Under the pieces are notes generated by a model. It made no database searches. It was not told the DNA's origin and was given only the letters and a program-made list of their open reading frames with translations. DNA of 64,000 bases from Octopus vulgaris (lineage: Eukaryota). The translations under genes were made by a program, and so were the position numbers. The DNA is taken from the NCBI GenBank assembly GCA_951406725.2, contig OX597830.1, forward strand, positions 31,000,001-31,064,000, written 5' to 3'. This document shows, one piece after another, positions 40,426-54,461 of the stretch (positions are counted from its first letter, which is position 1; each line of letters begins with the position of its first letter).

Positions 40426-42256
40426 ATTAGTTATTTAGTCAAGTATTGTGATGGTGGTAGGTTTACAAACTATTTTCTAGTCAACTCACAATGCTAATAA
40501 TAATGTCCCCGCCCAAACATGACTGTCACACCATCTCAACTCATCTAAGCTACAAAACTCTGTAGCTCTGTGTGTAAGTAAGCAATCGTCATTAACAATA
40601 TCTTTTATCTTTAGTCTTTAGATATCAACAAATCAATTTATTTGTCACAGCTGAAAATTTAGATCATTGGCTTTATAAATTTAGTAACAGCAGCAGTGTT
40701 GCTGCTGTTGTGATTAACAGTATTATCATTATTATTATTATTAGTAGTAGTGGTGGTGGTGGTGGCGGTGGTGAGAACACACTTTAAACATAATAGCACA
40801 CACATACACATAAATAGAAGAGGAACAAAAGAAAATATAGAAAAGAAAGGTTATTTAGACAACATACATTATGATAAAAGACTGATGTGTTGAAATATTT
40901 ACTCCACCCAAATTTAATAAAAAAAAAAAAAAAATCAATGTTTGAATTGATTGTTTTTTTAAAAATTTTTGTTATTTTTTTTTTTACATTTTCTTCGTTA
41001 AACTTTATTTTGTTGCTTTAGTTTTTATAGTTGTAATTGTTGTGGTAGTGATGGCAGTGTTTGCAACCGTAATCAAGATACAAATTTAGCTGCAAAAGGA
41101 ACGAATCTTAGCAAACACTTTAAAACCCAGTTTACAAAGTTCTGTTCCTGCCAATGAGGTTTCTCAGATTTACATCCGTGATTGAAGTTCAAAACATGTT
41201 CAGTTGCTGATGTTGTGGTGTAGTGCTGTGTCTGTGTCAATATTTTTCTAAAGCTTATCATTTCTGTAATAAAATGCTGCCATGTATATATGTGGTTGGC
41301 CCAATGCTCTCTTTCATACATGTTACATGTCTCACACTGGGAAGCCAAGCACTAATTCTTCAGAATAAGCAAGTTATTGTTATTTACTCTTTGATCAATG
41401 TAATTCTAGCTATGACCAACCTATCTTGTTTCTTCAGACAACATAACTAGGACTGAATTAAGCAAGATTATTTTTTTCTTTTTCTCTTTATGACAGTACA
41501 GTGCGATTCGAGGGAGATGTGGCTGCTATTTTTAGTTAGGAAAGCATCCAGGTAGACAGTCCAGATTGCTGATTAGCCCTGACTAAAGACATGCTGGTGG
41601 TGGAGCCAAAGTTCTTAACAAGGATGAGTTGGCTGGAACAAGCTCTCAGGAGCACTTGTACTGGTTTGGGAATGGAGCTACCAAGTTTGTCACCAGGCAC
41701 TAGTTGGCTTTGAAGAGTTGTAAGATGTTAGCAATCCCATTTTACTATTGATCAACACATGCCAGCAACAGCTGCACAGAAAAATTCAAGAGTAACATTG
41801 TGTATGAGTAGAAGGGCAAGTGAGATGCTCAAGACTGATTTGTAAATTCAAGTTTAATTGCTAACCAAGGCAATACATTTATTTTTAACTCAATGCACTT
41901 CAAGTTATCTGTTGAGTGTAATACAACAATGATATTGTACATAATTCAGTTTATGTGTATGTGTGCATAGAGAAAATGCAATATATATATATATAATTAG
42001 TGCAGAACATATGCAGTCTCTTTGTCATGTAAGAAGAATCAGACAGGCACCCATAAGCAGCTTAATTTCATGGACACTATATGAGCTAGATACCTCATAT
42101 ATATATATTTATATGTATAGAAAGAAGGTTGTCAACATTTACCTGGTAAAAATTAATATGTACTCATTAACATGGAATTTTGACAGGTTTATTAAATTGC
42201 TTTTAAACAAGACTTCACATGAAACAAACATTATACTCTTTTATCTTATATATATA

Positions 42257-42666
42257 TGAGGTAATATCATAAAATTCCCTGATCAAGCCCCCTCCCCCCA
42301 AAAACAATGTTCACCAGTATCCAGTAAATAATGTTTTCATATATTGTTTATATGCAAGCTCGATATTCTTCAAAATAGTCCCCATGGTCTCAGCATGTTT
42401 TCCATACCTTAAAATTACTACAGAAGTTCTCTTCATGAAAGCCATTAAATTGTGGTAGACCCCTTTTGTCAGTCACTGTATTGACAATGTAAACAATGGT
42501 TTCGGCATGTTGTGTAGCCATTTTAACATCATAAAATAACTGAAAATCTAACAATAAATGAAGCAAGTAAGGTAGCATGAAACCATTTGTAGTAAAACCC
42601 AGTAGGATAGCAACCAATGATCATCAGCTGCACAAACAAGCAATCCAGTAAATTTCAAACACCACA
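42257..42666 (-). mobile_element. Degenerate non-autonomous mariner relic
   Basis: Terminus TATGAGGTAATATCATAAAATTCC resembles mariner TIRs. Minus-strand GGGGACTATTTTGAAGAA encodes GDYFEE, the typical mariner transposase C-terminus. The other end matches only weakly. Confidence 0.4.
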
Positions 42667-44133
42667 TATATTTATGAACCAGGTAGTGGTATGAAATAAA
42701 TAAATAGAAAAAGACTTTCACCAACCAAATAATCAGACAATCAGCCTCCAATCCACACAGATATGAATGAATGTCGCGACACTCCCACGACCATCACTAC
42801 TATGTTTTAGCTACTGTATTCAAAGGGAGGGTTGTCTGATTCAGATATCTGTTGTTTCCAGGCACCAAAAAACAATGGGAAAGGAAAGCAGGTAACAATG
42901 GTTACCTCTTTAGTTCTCAGGTAAACAAAGTAGAAAGAAACAAAAACATAAACAAATGAAAATATAAAACCCGTAGAATAAATATAAAAACAAAGCTCTA
43001 TTGAAATACAAAAAGAAATTAACAATTCACAAGGTGGGGAGTAAGAAAGGAGAGTGACCTCTCTCATACGAAATGCTCGAAATGTTCGCTCGTCTTTCTG
43101 CTCACACCTCCCTTATAGAACTTCTGAAAATGAAATAGTGGGGGAAAAAGTCCTCATTCTTTTAAATGCAAATGACAATTAAGATGATATACATACACAC
43201 TAAAATATTTATGAAAGAACCCATATATATATGTACACATGCGTACACATACATGTACAAATAAAATGCCACGCTAGGAGAGACAAATGTCTCTGATTAA
43301 GGTGGGGCTTCCTCTTTCAACCACTGTTTCTGTTTTTTTGCTGAGAGCTTCCTTTGTTTAAAGAATTCCAGAATGACAACAACAAGAAGCAGAATTACAA
43401 CAGTGCCCACTATTATAAATACATATGCACAAGTTTATAAAGAAAGACTTTATAGTTTCATAGGCAAAGAGGAAAAAAAAAAAACAATACAGAAACTCCT
43501 TATACATCCCCTCCTGCCCTACCCCTCCAATTTACACACAATTACCTATCACCCCTCCCTCTCATCTCTAGCTGCAACTCTTTCCTTCTTCCTTTTTTTT
43601 TTTTTTTTAACTCATTACTCCTTCCCCCAACCACTCCGCAAGATTCCACAAACCTTTATTTCAACAGCTAACGGAAATGAGAAAAAATTAAATAAGACAG
43701 ACAAGACTTTTTGTTCTGTTGATTATTATGGGAAAAAAGGAACTTGAGAGCCTGTTGAGTATGCAAATAAGTTAACTTTGTTGGTACTGGCAGTTTAGTG
43801 AAAAGCAAAAAACAAAAAAAAAAAAACTACCACAGGATTACTTTAAGCTGGTTTGTATCAATGAATATTTGTTAACTTTTACATATGTCACTTATGTTGT
43901 TGGTTTGGTTCAGTTTGATTTGCTGAGTTAGCAGCATAAGATAATGTAATATGCTGGGTTAGCCTGTAATAGTAGTTTGTTAAATTTCTCAACTACTTAT
44001 TTGTATCAGTTAATACTGGTGATTTGCATAACATATTGTATTGTATTTTAATGGCAGCTTAAATTTGCAAGAATGCAAAATGGATCTTAAGAGCTAACAC
44101 TAAGCAACCCCCATCGCATACTGTAAAAGTTAA

Positions 44134-44353
44134 CCCTTTCATTACCAGCCCGGCTGAAACCGGCTCTGGCTCTGAGTACAAATGTCTTGTTTTCTTAAGT
44201 TATGAATTAAAATCTTCCACCAAACCTTAGTCACAATTTATGTTCCTAACACTAGCTGAATGATAACCAAGTTATTTTACTAAATTCTTTGTTATATTTA
44301 AAGTAATTGAAAGAAACACAGAGCATCTCAAAATAAATACAGTAATGAAAGGG
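44134..44353 (+). mobile_element. TTAA-flanked piggyBac-type MITE, copy A
   Basis: TTAA|CCCTTTCATTAC...GTAATGAAAGGG|TTAA: perfect 12-bp TIR and TTAA TSD. Confidence 0.9.
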
Positions 44354-44710
44354 TTAATGGAAGATTAAATCTTTCCCTGCATGAAGAGCGAATGTAGGTA
44401 GGACATTAAAAATTCTCAGGTTTTCTGGTACCTACACTTAGATTCTAAATTAATTGGAGTGATGTAGAATAAAAGCATTTTCTTCACAAGCAGCAAAACA
44501 TCTCATAACATAGAATTATGATGGCTTGTATTGATGGTCTTTTTCTTTTTCTTTTCTGCTAGCTCAAGATGATTTCTGAATTAGCACAAACTAAGAGATT
44601 TGAGTTCTAAAGCTGTTTTGTGAAGTTTAGAGGTGTTTTGTGTATGTATAACTTTTGATCATTGGCTCACCAGGTTTGCAATACAATAGCTTACTACACA
44701 TCTTGCTTAA

Positions 44711-44931
44711 CTCTTTTGTTACTGTATTTATTTTGAGATGCTCTGTGTTTCTTTCAATTACTTTAAATATGACAAAAAATTTAGTAAAGTAACTTAGTCA
44801 TCATTCAGCTAGTGTTAGGAACATAAATTGTGATTAAGGTTTGGTGGAAGATTTTAATTCAAAACTTATGAAAACAAGACATTTGTACTACAGAGCCAGA
44901 GCCGGTTTCAGCCGGGTTGGTAACAAAAGGG
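44711..44931 (-). mobile_element. TTAA-flanked piggyBac-type MITE, copy B (inverted relative to A)
   Basis: Reverse complement aligns end to end with 44134-44353 (about 15 differences by eye); TTAA at both ends. Confidence 0.9.
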
Positions 44932-47544
44932 TTAAACCCCAAACGTTTCCAACTCTTGTGTTGTATTGGTTATGTTGATGCATTTGATGATGTTTTCAGC
45001 CGGACTGTTTTCTACACACACACACAGCAAGGATTCTTATATCCTTGTTTCTAAAAATATACTAACATAAGTGTTTGTTGGGAAGTAACATGAAAACTAG
45101 AGTCAAGAGATGGATATCTTTTGTTTACTTTGAGGAAAGAAAGAAAAAAAAAAGCAGCAACTCTCCCCACTTTTCCCCTTACTCCAAACCACCCTGTTTC
45201 CTTATGCTTCATGCTTTCCCTAGTAACTATTCAAGACTTTATATTAAGCACAGAGTCCCCTTCCTTCCATTTCCACTTCCTGAACCCTGAAATAAGAGGC
45301 TGCTGGTCAGTGTTGATATCTATGCTTTAGGACTAAGAAGAACTGGATGGCGGATAGTATTAAAAACTGCAATCACGGTGGTGTAGTAGTGTTTGATGTT
45401 TAATGTTGCCACAGATGGAATACACTCAAAAAACACATAAATGTGGGCACACATAAAAGTATGATAAAATACATTGGGTGTGTGGAAGTTTTCTTGTGAG
45501 CAGTTATATTCCCTCCACATTATATACACGGCAACATGGATGCACGATGGGAAGACACATTTAAGATATCAGTTGTGTGTGTGTGTGTGTGTGTGTGTGT
45601 GATGATCACAATGTCTAGTGATTCCAAAAGCCTTTTCCAACACCATATCCAGTACATCACCCAACCTCCAACAACAATAAGAAAAAAAAAACTGAGGCTG
45701 GCAGGTTGATGAAAAGAAAGGGGTCATGAAAATCCCCTACACTCCTTTTAAATTCTTTTTCTATACAGAATATACTCACACAGGCTATCACCCCCTACAT
45801 TTTGACAAATAAACACTAATGGCAAAGATAGCAGGTGGCGGCGGTGGTGGTGAGGAGAAAGAGTAATGATGAAAGAATGACTGTAGGAATTAGGGTGAAC
45901 TATGAAACAACTTACTCATCCTCCTACTTCCAAAGTACCCTCCTACCAACCACAAAAAAAAAAAGAGGGTGGAAAAAAAACGTATACAAACTTATCTGAG
46001 AAAAGAAACAGTAGAAACAGGTATAGAGAGAGAGAGGGAGCGAGAGAGAGAGGAAGGGAGTTAAAGGTGAAAATAAGGGAGCAGATGTAGGTAAAAGAGG
46101 GAGTGGGTGAGCAATAAACACTGCATCCTTTCAAGAGTAAGTAAAATTTATGTTTTGGTGATGGAATGATGGAATGAGTGTCTCCATTTGCAGATGATGG
46201 TCTCTGATAATAATAATGGTTGTTGAGCAGGGAATGGGATAGAGATGGGGAGAAAGACAGAAAAGGGGCAACAAGAAGTAACTAGTAGCACTTTCCCTGC
46301 CCAACCCCTGTTCTATCCAGCTTTATCCTAGATACAAGACATTTCCAAACTTTGCTTAGACTCCTTTTAGAAACCCTTCCTTTCAGAGATTTCCATTGTC
46401 ACCACACAGACACACACTCACACACATGCACGCGGCGGTACTTATATACTCCCTAATTAAACTGGGAAGACAAAGCGAGGACAGCAAAAATTTGGGTATG
46501 GTAGGATAAGTAATTGGTGCAGAAAGGAAAAAAAAAAAAAAAGAAGTGTGATAAGAGCCAGTGAGTAGAATGGAGCAAGAAATAGCTAAAACACATTGTC
46601 AACATTTGGGCACAGTACCTACATCACTCTTCAACAATTTGTAACAAATAAGGATGCTGTTATCTGCTGCCGAGTCGATAGGGAACCCTAATGGTACACA
46701 CAGGGCTGGCACCATGTTTGTGCTGCAAATATCAGTAAGGTAATCAGGTGAGAATATCAACCAGGTGAGGGAATTCTTCAACCATCATCAAATGAGTGAA
46801 CCAACTCTCTTCATTTCAATATGAATTTTAAGGAATTTAAGTGGAAGCAGCCGACCAGGATAAGCTGTTAACCTGGTCTTAAAAGTGATCTTCATGTGAT
46901 TGAGATTGTTTTGATTACATGCAATAGCAAGCAAATTTTATGTTTATATGTCAAAAATGGCATTTTTTTTTGTCACATGGAATTAAGTTCAGATCTTTAA
47001 TATATAAATATATATATATGTAAAGAAAGTTATTGCATGCAACAATGTTGTCTAAATGTAAGAAAGTAGATTCAAAGTTATTCAGCAAGAGATAATTTGA
47101 CTCATCAGTCAAAAGCAATAACAATATGTGACATTCATGCCTTTCTTGAACTTCCCAAGATAAAACAAAATAATACAAAGAGAGTCTTGTTTGTGACTTA
47201 AGTAGAAAACAAAACAGCACAAACAGTAACCATTAATTATTTATAAGGAAAATTAGAAAGTAAAATGTGTATATACAGGAGTATGTATTCGAAATTGTGC
47301 GTTTAAAAATAAAGTATGTCATACGTATATATATATAGGTATTCAGAAGTGATTTTATTTATGCAGAGAAATGTAAAAGTATTTTTGCACAGAGAAAAAT
47401 TGGCTACAAAAATAAATTAAAAAACCCTGAAAGGTGAATAAAATCATGGAAAAACTGAAGAATGAAACAAAATCAAATAGATATAATTTTTCAGGAATTA
47501 TATTATATTATACTCTGTGTGTGTGTGCGTGTGCGCTTGATAGC

Positions 47545-47720
47545 TTCAAGGCCAGCAATTGACACCCCATCCTGAGCATTTCTACTTTATTTTATCAGCC
47601 CTGAAAGGATAAAAGGCTTGTTTACCTTGGCAGGATTTGAAATCAGAATATAAAGAGACCTAACAAATATGGCACAAAGCATATTCTCCAATGCTCTAAG
47701 AATTCTGTCAAACCACTGCA
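47545..47720 (-). mobile_element. SINE family B, reverse orientation, decayed
   Basis: tattttatcagccctgaaaggataaaaggc...ggcaggatttgaaatcag. Confidence 0.65.
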
Positions 47721-48077
47721 ATCTTTGGTAAACATGATATGTAATACAAAACAAAAACTACTGACAGAACTATTGTTATTGCTTAGACTATGCGATATAA
47801 TTTGAGAGAGATTTAGTTATTATTTCTATCAGATAGAGTGTCCATATATAGATACCTCCATTAGCTTCAGTTAGTGGCTGAGGAGGGTGTGGAGAGGGTC
47901 TTCCAGAAATGAAATAACTTCTTTGGGACTAATTCATGTAACAAGTTCATATGATGGTCTGGTATTAGTGGAATAATATGATAAAAATGTGTGTGAAAGA
48001 GAGGGGGGAGTGAGGGTGAAGAAAGGAAGGAAGGATGTGGAGGAAATAACTAAAAAGAAATGACAGTAACTATTATT

Positions 48078-48258
48078 GGTTTCAAGGGAGGAAGTAAGTC
48101 AATTACATCAACCCCTGTGCTTAACTGGTACTTATTTTATTGACTCTTGAAAACCAAAGTCAACTTTGGCAGAATTTGAACTCAGAGTGTAAAGATGGAT
48201 GGAATATTGCTAAGCATTTTGCCTGGAGTGCTAACGATTCTGCCAGCTCTCCGCCTTA
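48078..48258 (-). mobile_element. SINE family B, reverse orientation
   Basis: actggtacttattttattgac...ggcagaatttgaactcagag...gctaacgattctgccagctctccgcctta. Confidence 0.8.
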
Positions 48259-49220
48259 AATAGCAATAACTAAAATGAATACAAAAACAGTCTCTGGAAA
48301 AAGACATCAAACATTTGAAGGCAGCTAGTAAAAACAGAAAACCAACATGAAACCTTGCATCTAGCCTCAACAATGAAGAAATGCTAATACATATACGTGT
48401 GTATGAGTGGGATGTATCTGTCTGTCGCTCTTTGCAGTGAAGTAGCCATGCAATTACAACTTCAGATAGCTCTGCTAATGAAGACAAACCAAAACACTCA
48501 AATGAGAAACCAGGTAAGACTTGAACCACTTTCATGAGGTGTAATAATGCCGAACTCCAGTTCCTGGTTGTAAAATGGAATAGAGATTCAATATTTTTTT
48601 TCTGGAAAGGATACCACTCTATTAAAGATTTGGTCTCAGATGATCTGATCTGTTCAACTTATTCCCTACAGTAAAGAGTGGAACAGAGGTAATATAGCAA
48701 CACGTTTGAACCTACCACTGTACAAGCAAGTGGTTCAATAGCCAGCTAAATCACTCTACCAGCTCAACTTACACTGTATAAAAAAATGGAGTTCAACAAG
48801 AAACTGACAAGATTACCTATAGTAAAACAAAAATAAAAAAAGATACCAAATAAAAAAGGCAATCAAGACGGCTACCCTACTACCACCACACATACCTCTG
48901 GTCAAGAGTAAAAAGCACTGAAGAAGAATTTTACTATTAGGGAGCATTTGTAACACAAAGTTTAAGTATGTATGCATATGTAGATGTAGATATGCATGGC
49001 TGCTTTTTTATAAGGGATTGATTTTATCAATGTGCTATGTTCTGTGGTTCTGTGTAAATATGAAGCATTACTAAATGTACATATACACAAATAAATAAAT
49101 AAATATATGTATGTGGATATATATATCTTTATAAGCATTGTGGGGCAGCTGATGATGGAGGTATGTTGGATTGATGGTATGACTGTTTTTGTATATGTGG
49201 AACAGTACAACACATCTTTT

Positions 49221-49258
<38 letters not shown>

Positions 49259-49575
49259 ATATATACATACATCACACACACACACAAACATGCTTGCATA
49301 TAAGCACATACATGCAAATGCATATGCTTACACATGCATGTCTATGCACATGTATACGATCCAATATGTGATACATGAAACTATGTAGCACACAACCAAT
49401 AGCACTATCAAACACCAACCATTACCCCCACCGTCATCTTCTGCTGCAAATGATAAGTAAATGATGTTTCATGTATCAACATATCAACTTTTGTTGAAAT
49501 TAAAATAAAAAAATAAAACATTTATTTAAAAAAAAAAAAACTCAAAAAGTCTTCTAGAGAGCAATGTCCCTGTGC

Positions 49576-49682
49576 TGTAACCTAAATATCTGAAGTCTTC
49601 CAAGGGTCAATGACCGTCATTGTGACCTAAACAGCTTCAAGTCCTCCATAGGTCACTGATTCTGTGACTGTGACCTAAACAG
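49576..49682. repeat. ~45-48 bp tandem repeat, about 2.3 units
   Basis: tgt(a/g)acctaaa recurs at 49576, 49621 and 49669, with aagtc.tcca..ggtca.tga in the first two units. Confidence 0.7.
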
Positions 49683-51243
49683 AAAGGTATCAGGTACAAG
49701 GTGAGTTTTTTTGTTTTTTTAAAACTTTCATGCTAAGATATTTAAGAACAGGAAATATCTTCCTCTTCATCAATATAGACAAATTGGGGGTTAGGTACCA
49801 TATCTAAAAGATGTTACCCAAGCCATGCATTTTTCTTGTTATTGTAGTCTCTCATTTTGTCTCCTAAGGTCTGCTAAACTGATAAGGGTTGTTGTTTGTC
49901 CTAAACTCACTTGACCAAGCAAATCAACCACCAAACAACTTCCAGGTATGACTATTCTTATTCAGATAGTGTATCTCAGGGGTTTTTTTTTTGGTCAGAT
50001 CAATGTGATTTTTATTGATAAATTCGCCAATGTGTAAGCCATTAAATGGTTTAGAGAAGATGCTCACCCTATATCACAAGACCACATCTTTCTCATACTA
50101 AAAATTGAAATAAATAGACCCAATACAAAAGTCTACAGCTAAGAAACTGTCCTCTCTTCACATCAATAACACACACCATCATCATACACTGTCTCACCAA
50201 CCCACCAGATAAGAAAATCCTAACCGAATACTTACTCCACAGCTCTAACCATAACAATTCCCATTACTGGCTTTATGCATGTGTCTCATCTGCTTGTTGT
50301 TGATTTTTAAAAGCTTTTGTTATACCAAAGATCTAGCTAGCAATGGCTGAACATATATTTTTACTTAAATAACTAAATATCACTTTTTTTTCTCTCTTTA
50401 TCCTTTTGTGGCTCATTAAATATACAACTTTCATACATGTAAATTTGCATTCATCCTTTTATGTCTAAACCTTCAGGAGTGAGGGCTATTTTCTATCTTT
50501 TTTTTTTATTATACATACACACATATCTTCATATATATATATATACACATACATATATAGATATACATATATAGATATACATATATATAGATGTGTTTGG
50601 CAACTTAGGCCTGCCACCCAACCTTTTTCTTAGACTAAACAATAGCTGCAGTTCTGAAACTAACAACATATTCAGTTGCATAGAGAAGCAGTTTGTACTT
50701 TAAACAAATTTAAAAGCATGTATCTCTGTAACTTTTGTACAATTACAACTAAATACAAATCCATATTCGCAAGAGTGTGATGTATGTGCTTGTAAATACA
50801 CACACACACACACATATATGTATAAATGAATTCTATAAATTCAGAATAAAATGTCCAGGTGCCAGCATTACTGCACATAAAGCAGAAAATGCTTAACAGA
50901 AAGCGCATCAGTAAGAGGGTGGACAATATATTACAAAAGGCAGCTGCACTTATGTTGCTTGCAACATGATCTAGCTTATGATGCAGATGCATAACAATGC
51001 AGCAGAGCACATATTCAAGCACATACTTTTATTCTCCCACAAACGCCTTTCTTACAATTTAAAATACTATTCTTATTTATACATATATTTTACTATTTTA
51101 AAAGAAAAAAAAATCAATTTCATTTAATATTTTCTATTACAATTAGACAAGAAAAAAATTCCTTGTGGTATTTGGTTACATCTGTTTAAACAATGAAGTT
51201 AAAATCCTGCCTTGATTAAAGTCTCTGCTTCTGATCCTCATAG

Positions 51244-51307
51244 GATAAGATAAGAATCAGTCACATGACATGAATAAGATAAGATAAGAATCAGTCACAT
51301 GACATGA
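51244..51307. repeat. Tandem duplication with a 34-bp period inside a decayed SINE
   Basis: gataagataagaatcagtcacatgacatga occurs twice. Confidence 0.9.
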
Positions 51308-51446
51308 TTTAATCAACCAATCCTTCTACCTATTCCTGCAGGAAGACATTGTGTTGGCCCGGTGCTAATGTTACAAATTTATACTGAATAATGTTGAGTG
51401 AGACCAATAAAGAAATAAGTAAATTGCATTATGACCCTGGTCACAC

Positions 51447-51646
51447 TAATCTAGAGACTGAATGAAATAAAGAAAGCAATCCATTTGTCTAGAGATCCAA
51501 TGATATCAAGAGGCTAATATAGATTGTCTAGAGAATCAGTCACACAATGAGAGCAATCTGCTTGTCTGGAGACCGAAAAAGACAAAAAGTAAAATATAAA
51601 TTGTCTGGAGACATAGAGAAAAGTAGTATATAGTGTCTAGAGATTA
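51447..51646. repeat. Degenerate ~38-39 bp minisatellite with a conserved TCTRGAGA core
   Basis: Core starts at 51450, 51488, 51527, 51565, 51604 and 51636. Confidence 0.75.
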
Positions 51647-51841
51647 AATGAGTCCAAGAGAGAAATAGATTCTGTAAACTGAAATATCAACAGCAGCAAT
51701 GTGGCCTAGAAATGATTTCTCATTCATAGTTTACTTTTTAGTTTCAACAGATCACACAAAATACTTATAATGGTTGGTGCCAAGATATAGATCTGAAATG
51801 AATGACAGATTAGCTGAAACAGGGATAAGAAACTCACTTAC

Positions 51842-51873
51842 AGCACATACAGATAATGATTCCATTATTATCT
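51842..51873 (-). CDS. Candidate 32-nt exon containing an ATG (MESLSVCA)
   Basis: Polypyrimidine acceptor ccatttaccttcttccctgtcag| and donor GCT|GTAAGT. The ATG at 51865 is in frame to a phase-0 donor. Confidence 0.3.
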
Positions 51874-54051
51874 CTGACAGGGAAGAAGGTAAATGGAAGT
51901 ATATAGAATTAATTAATTAACATGCCTCAGGCTAGAGATGTGACTATAAAAACTCAAAAAAAATAGATAAAGTGAATGCAGTGCAGTATGAAATAATGAT
52001 TCAAGAGTACTTTGTAGAGACACATAAACCTATATATCCTGCAACATAAAAAGTACATATCTGATCTAGTGCAAACAGATACATACTAACCCAAAATATA
52101 CAGTCAAGAAATAGCAACCAAACCTCCCTAAAATTACTTTCTACAGTCTCAGAAACAGAAGGATACACTGGATGATGCAGTGTAATCATTCTGTGATAGC
52201 TTTCTTTGAATATAGGTTTGCTTAATCAGAATTGACCAAGAGCTCAAAACCCAAACAGGACTGCACTTGAACCAGCAGAAATTAATTCCAGGTTAACAAA
52301 GTGGATGAGAGACAAATCTCCTCTTAGATAGGCTACCAGTTTATCTGAACTTATGCAGAAGTTCTGCTACCATTTCCAAACAACTAAGAGGACAAACCGA
52401 TGCAGCCTGGTGAAATGCCATGCATTGAGGAAAGAGATACAACAAAACGGTTTACATTGGTTTTGAACTGGTGACCCATGAGTTTGTCATACACTAGCAA
52501 TTCAATTATCCACTATATCATTACAACAGTAACATCATGTACATTATGCAATATATCCAAAAATTATGCAATGATAAATAAGCGGCAGTTTGTACCAAAA
52601 AACCTGCTCTCTCTCTCTCTCTCTCTTATACACACATATATATTTATGTGTACCTGTACATACAATTGGACACACACATGATCTACTACAAAAAATAAAA
52701 GAAAACAAACAAAACATACAACCAAAAGCATTAAAAAAATGTAGACAGTGAAACTAAAATAAAAACAATCACAATATGACCCAGAACTTTTGTTTCAACA
52801 CACATCCCCAAATAAATCTGTTATTATGACATAGCTATAGCAACACACTTGCTTGTTGACAGCATTATCAGTGATTACTTAGGAACCCCTACACTTCCAC
52901 ATTCATGCCCACCCATCATAGCATCGCCACCACCACCACCCTTCACTTATAACCTAACTACTCATAACCTTACCTACCTCATTCACCTATGCTTTATCTT
53001 TCTCTTACACACTCACACACACACCAATATTGGATATGATTATAATTGCACTGCTGCTTCTACTACACTGCATACAATCACACACACACACACACAGATA
53101 CAGCTATCTATCAATTATGAAACTATCTTTACTAGAACCTCCACTTTAATCACCAATACCAGCCCCATCGACAACACCCTGATTTACTAGTATCAACAGC
53201 ATAAAACAGCACACCTCCACAACTCTTCAGTACACATACACACACACAGCTTACTTTACAATACCATACACCATACACACTTATCTAACAACATGACCTA
53301 AGACGGTTGTAATTGTTAAGAAAAGCTGTTTCTTATCTAAAGTCTCTATCCACCCACACCCTCAACTGCAAACTACCTCCACACTCCTCACCCTCCCAGC
53401 CACAACATATCTCACCTCAAGGTCCTCCTGATCTCAGGAGAGTTAAAATGGCTTGGTTTGGAGTGTGTTGCATGGCTGGATGTTTTTTTTTTTGTTTTTT
53501 GCTATAAACTTTCTTGTTAAAAACCTTCTATACAGTCCCTTAGTTCAAACACCACCACTCCCTAGACTTATCAGGTTTATCGTGTGTGTGTGTGTGTGTG
53601 TATACAAGGTTATGAATAGTAGCCAATTCGAAAATCTTAGTGCTCCTTGGTATTAATTATAAGACTTGACAGACCTTGTGCCCAATGGGAAGGGGGAGGG
53701 GTGAAGAAGAAGAAGAGGAAGTGAAAAACCCAAGATTTGCAAGAAACCTTCTGAGATTGTGTGTTGTTCATCCATTTCTGTAAGAAATGGAATTAAAAAC
53801 ACACCATGACCCTCCAGCCAGAGATCAATGACTGACTTGTCTTCTGCAAAGCTCACCTTTAATGTGCCTCCATCGTGCCATGCACAGCATAACATCAGTA
53901 ACATCAACCAATGATGCAGTTATAAATAAAAAAAAAAAAAAAACGAAAAAAAAAAAGAATTCTTTGACATTGAAATTTAAACTGAGGCCCTGAGTTTTGA
54001 CAGCCAGATTTGTTATTGGTCATTAGGTACAGCATTAGTATATTTAATGTG

Positions 54052-54054
<3 letters not shown>

Positions 54055-54086
<32 letters not shown>

Positions 54087-54107
54087 AGGTTTATGTATAT
54101 ATATATG

Positions 54108-54148
<41 letters not shown>

Positions 54149-54220
54149 AGGTTTATGTATATATATATATATTGGAAGGTTTATGTATATATATATACAC
54201 GTATGTATATATATATATAT
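54055..54220. repeat. Compound minisatellite: three TTGGAAGGTTTATG units in (TA)n
   Basis: Identical unit at about 54082, 54144 and 54172. Confidence 0.9.
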
Positions 54221-54309
54221 GATGGAGGAAGGGATAGTGGGGGAAAGGTAGTGGTGATGGTAAAAATAGAAAAGGGAGGAGTGAACCAGGGAGTAAAAGG
54301 TAGAGTGGT

Positions 54310-54345
<36 letters not shown>

Positions 54346-54425
54346 CACACAATTATAAATACAAATGTATACACATACGCATGTTATGAAACTAATGACA
54401 GTGAGATTTGAAGTAAAACAGGTAG

Positions 54426-54461
<36 letters not shown>

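Noticed and set aside
41073-41348. 91-aa non-repetitive minus-strand ORF with an internal acceptor
   Set aside because: Donors are weak and no protein motif is recognisable.
41580-41780. GC-richer, codon-like stretch
   Set aside because: Frames are short on both strands and there is no consistent splice pair; possibly a transposon fragment.
51447-51646. CRISPR-like repeat-spacer appearance
   Set aside because: The core is only about 10 bp, the spacers are related to each other, the context is eukaryotic and there are no cas genes.
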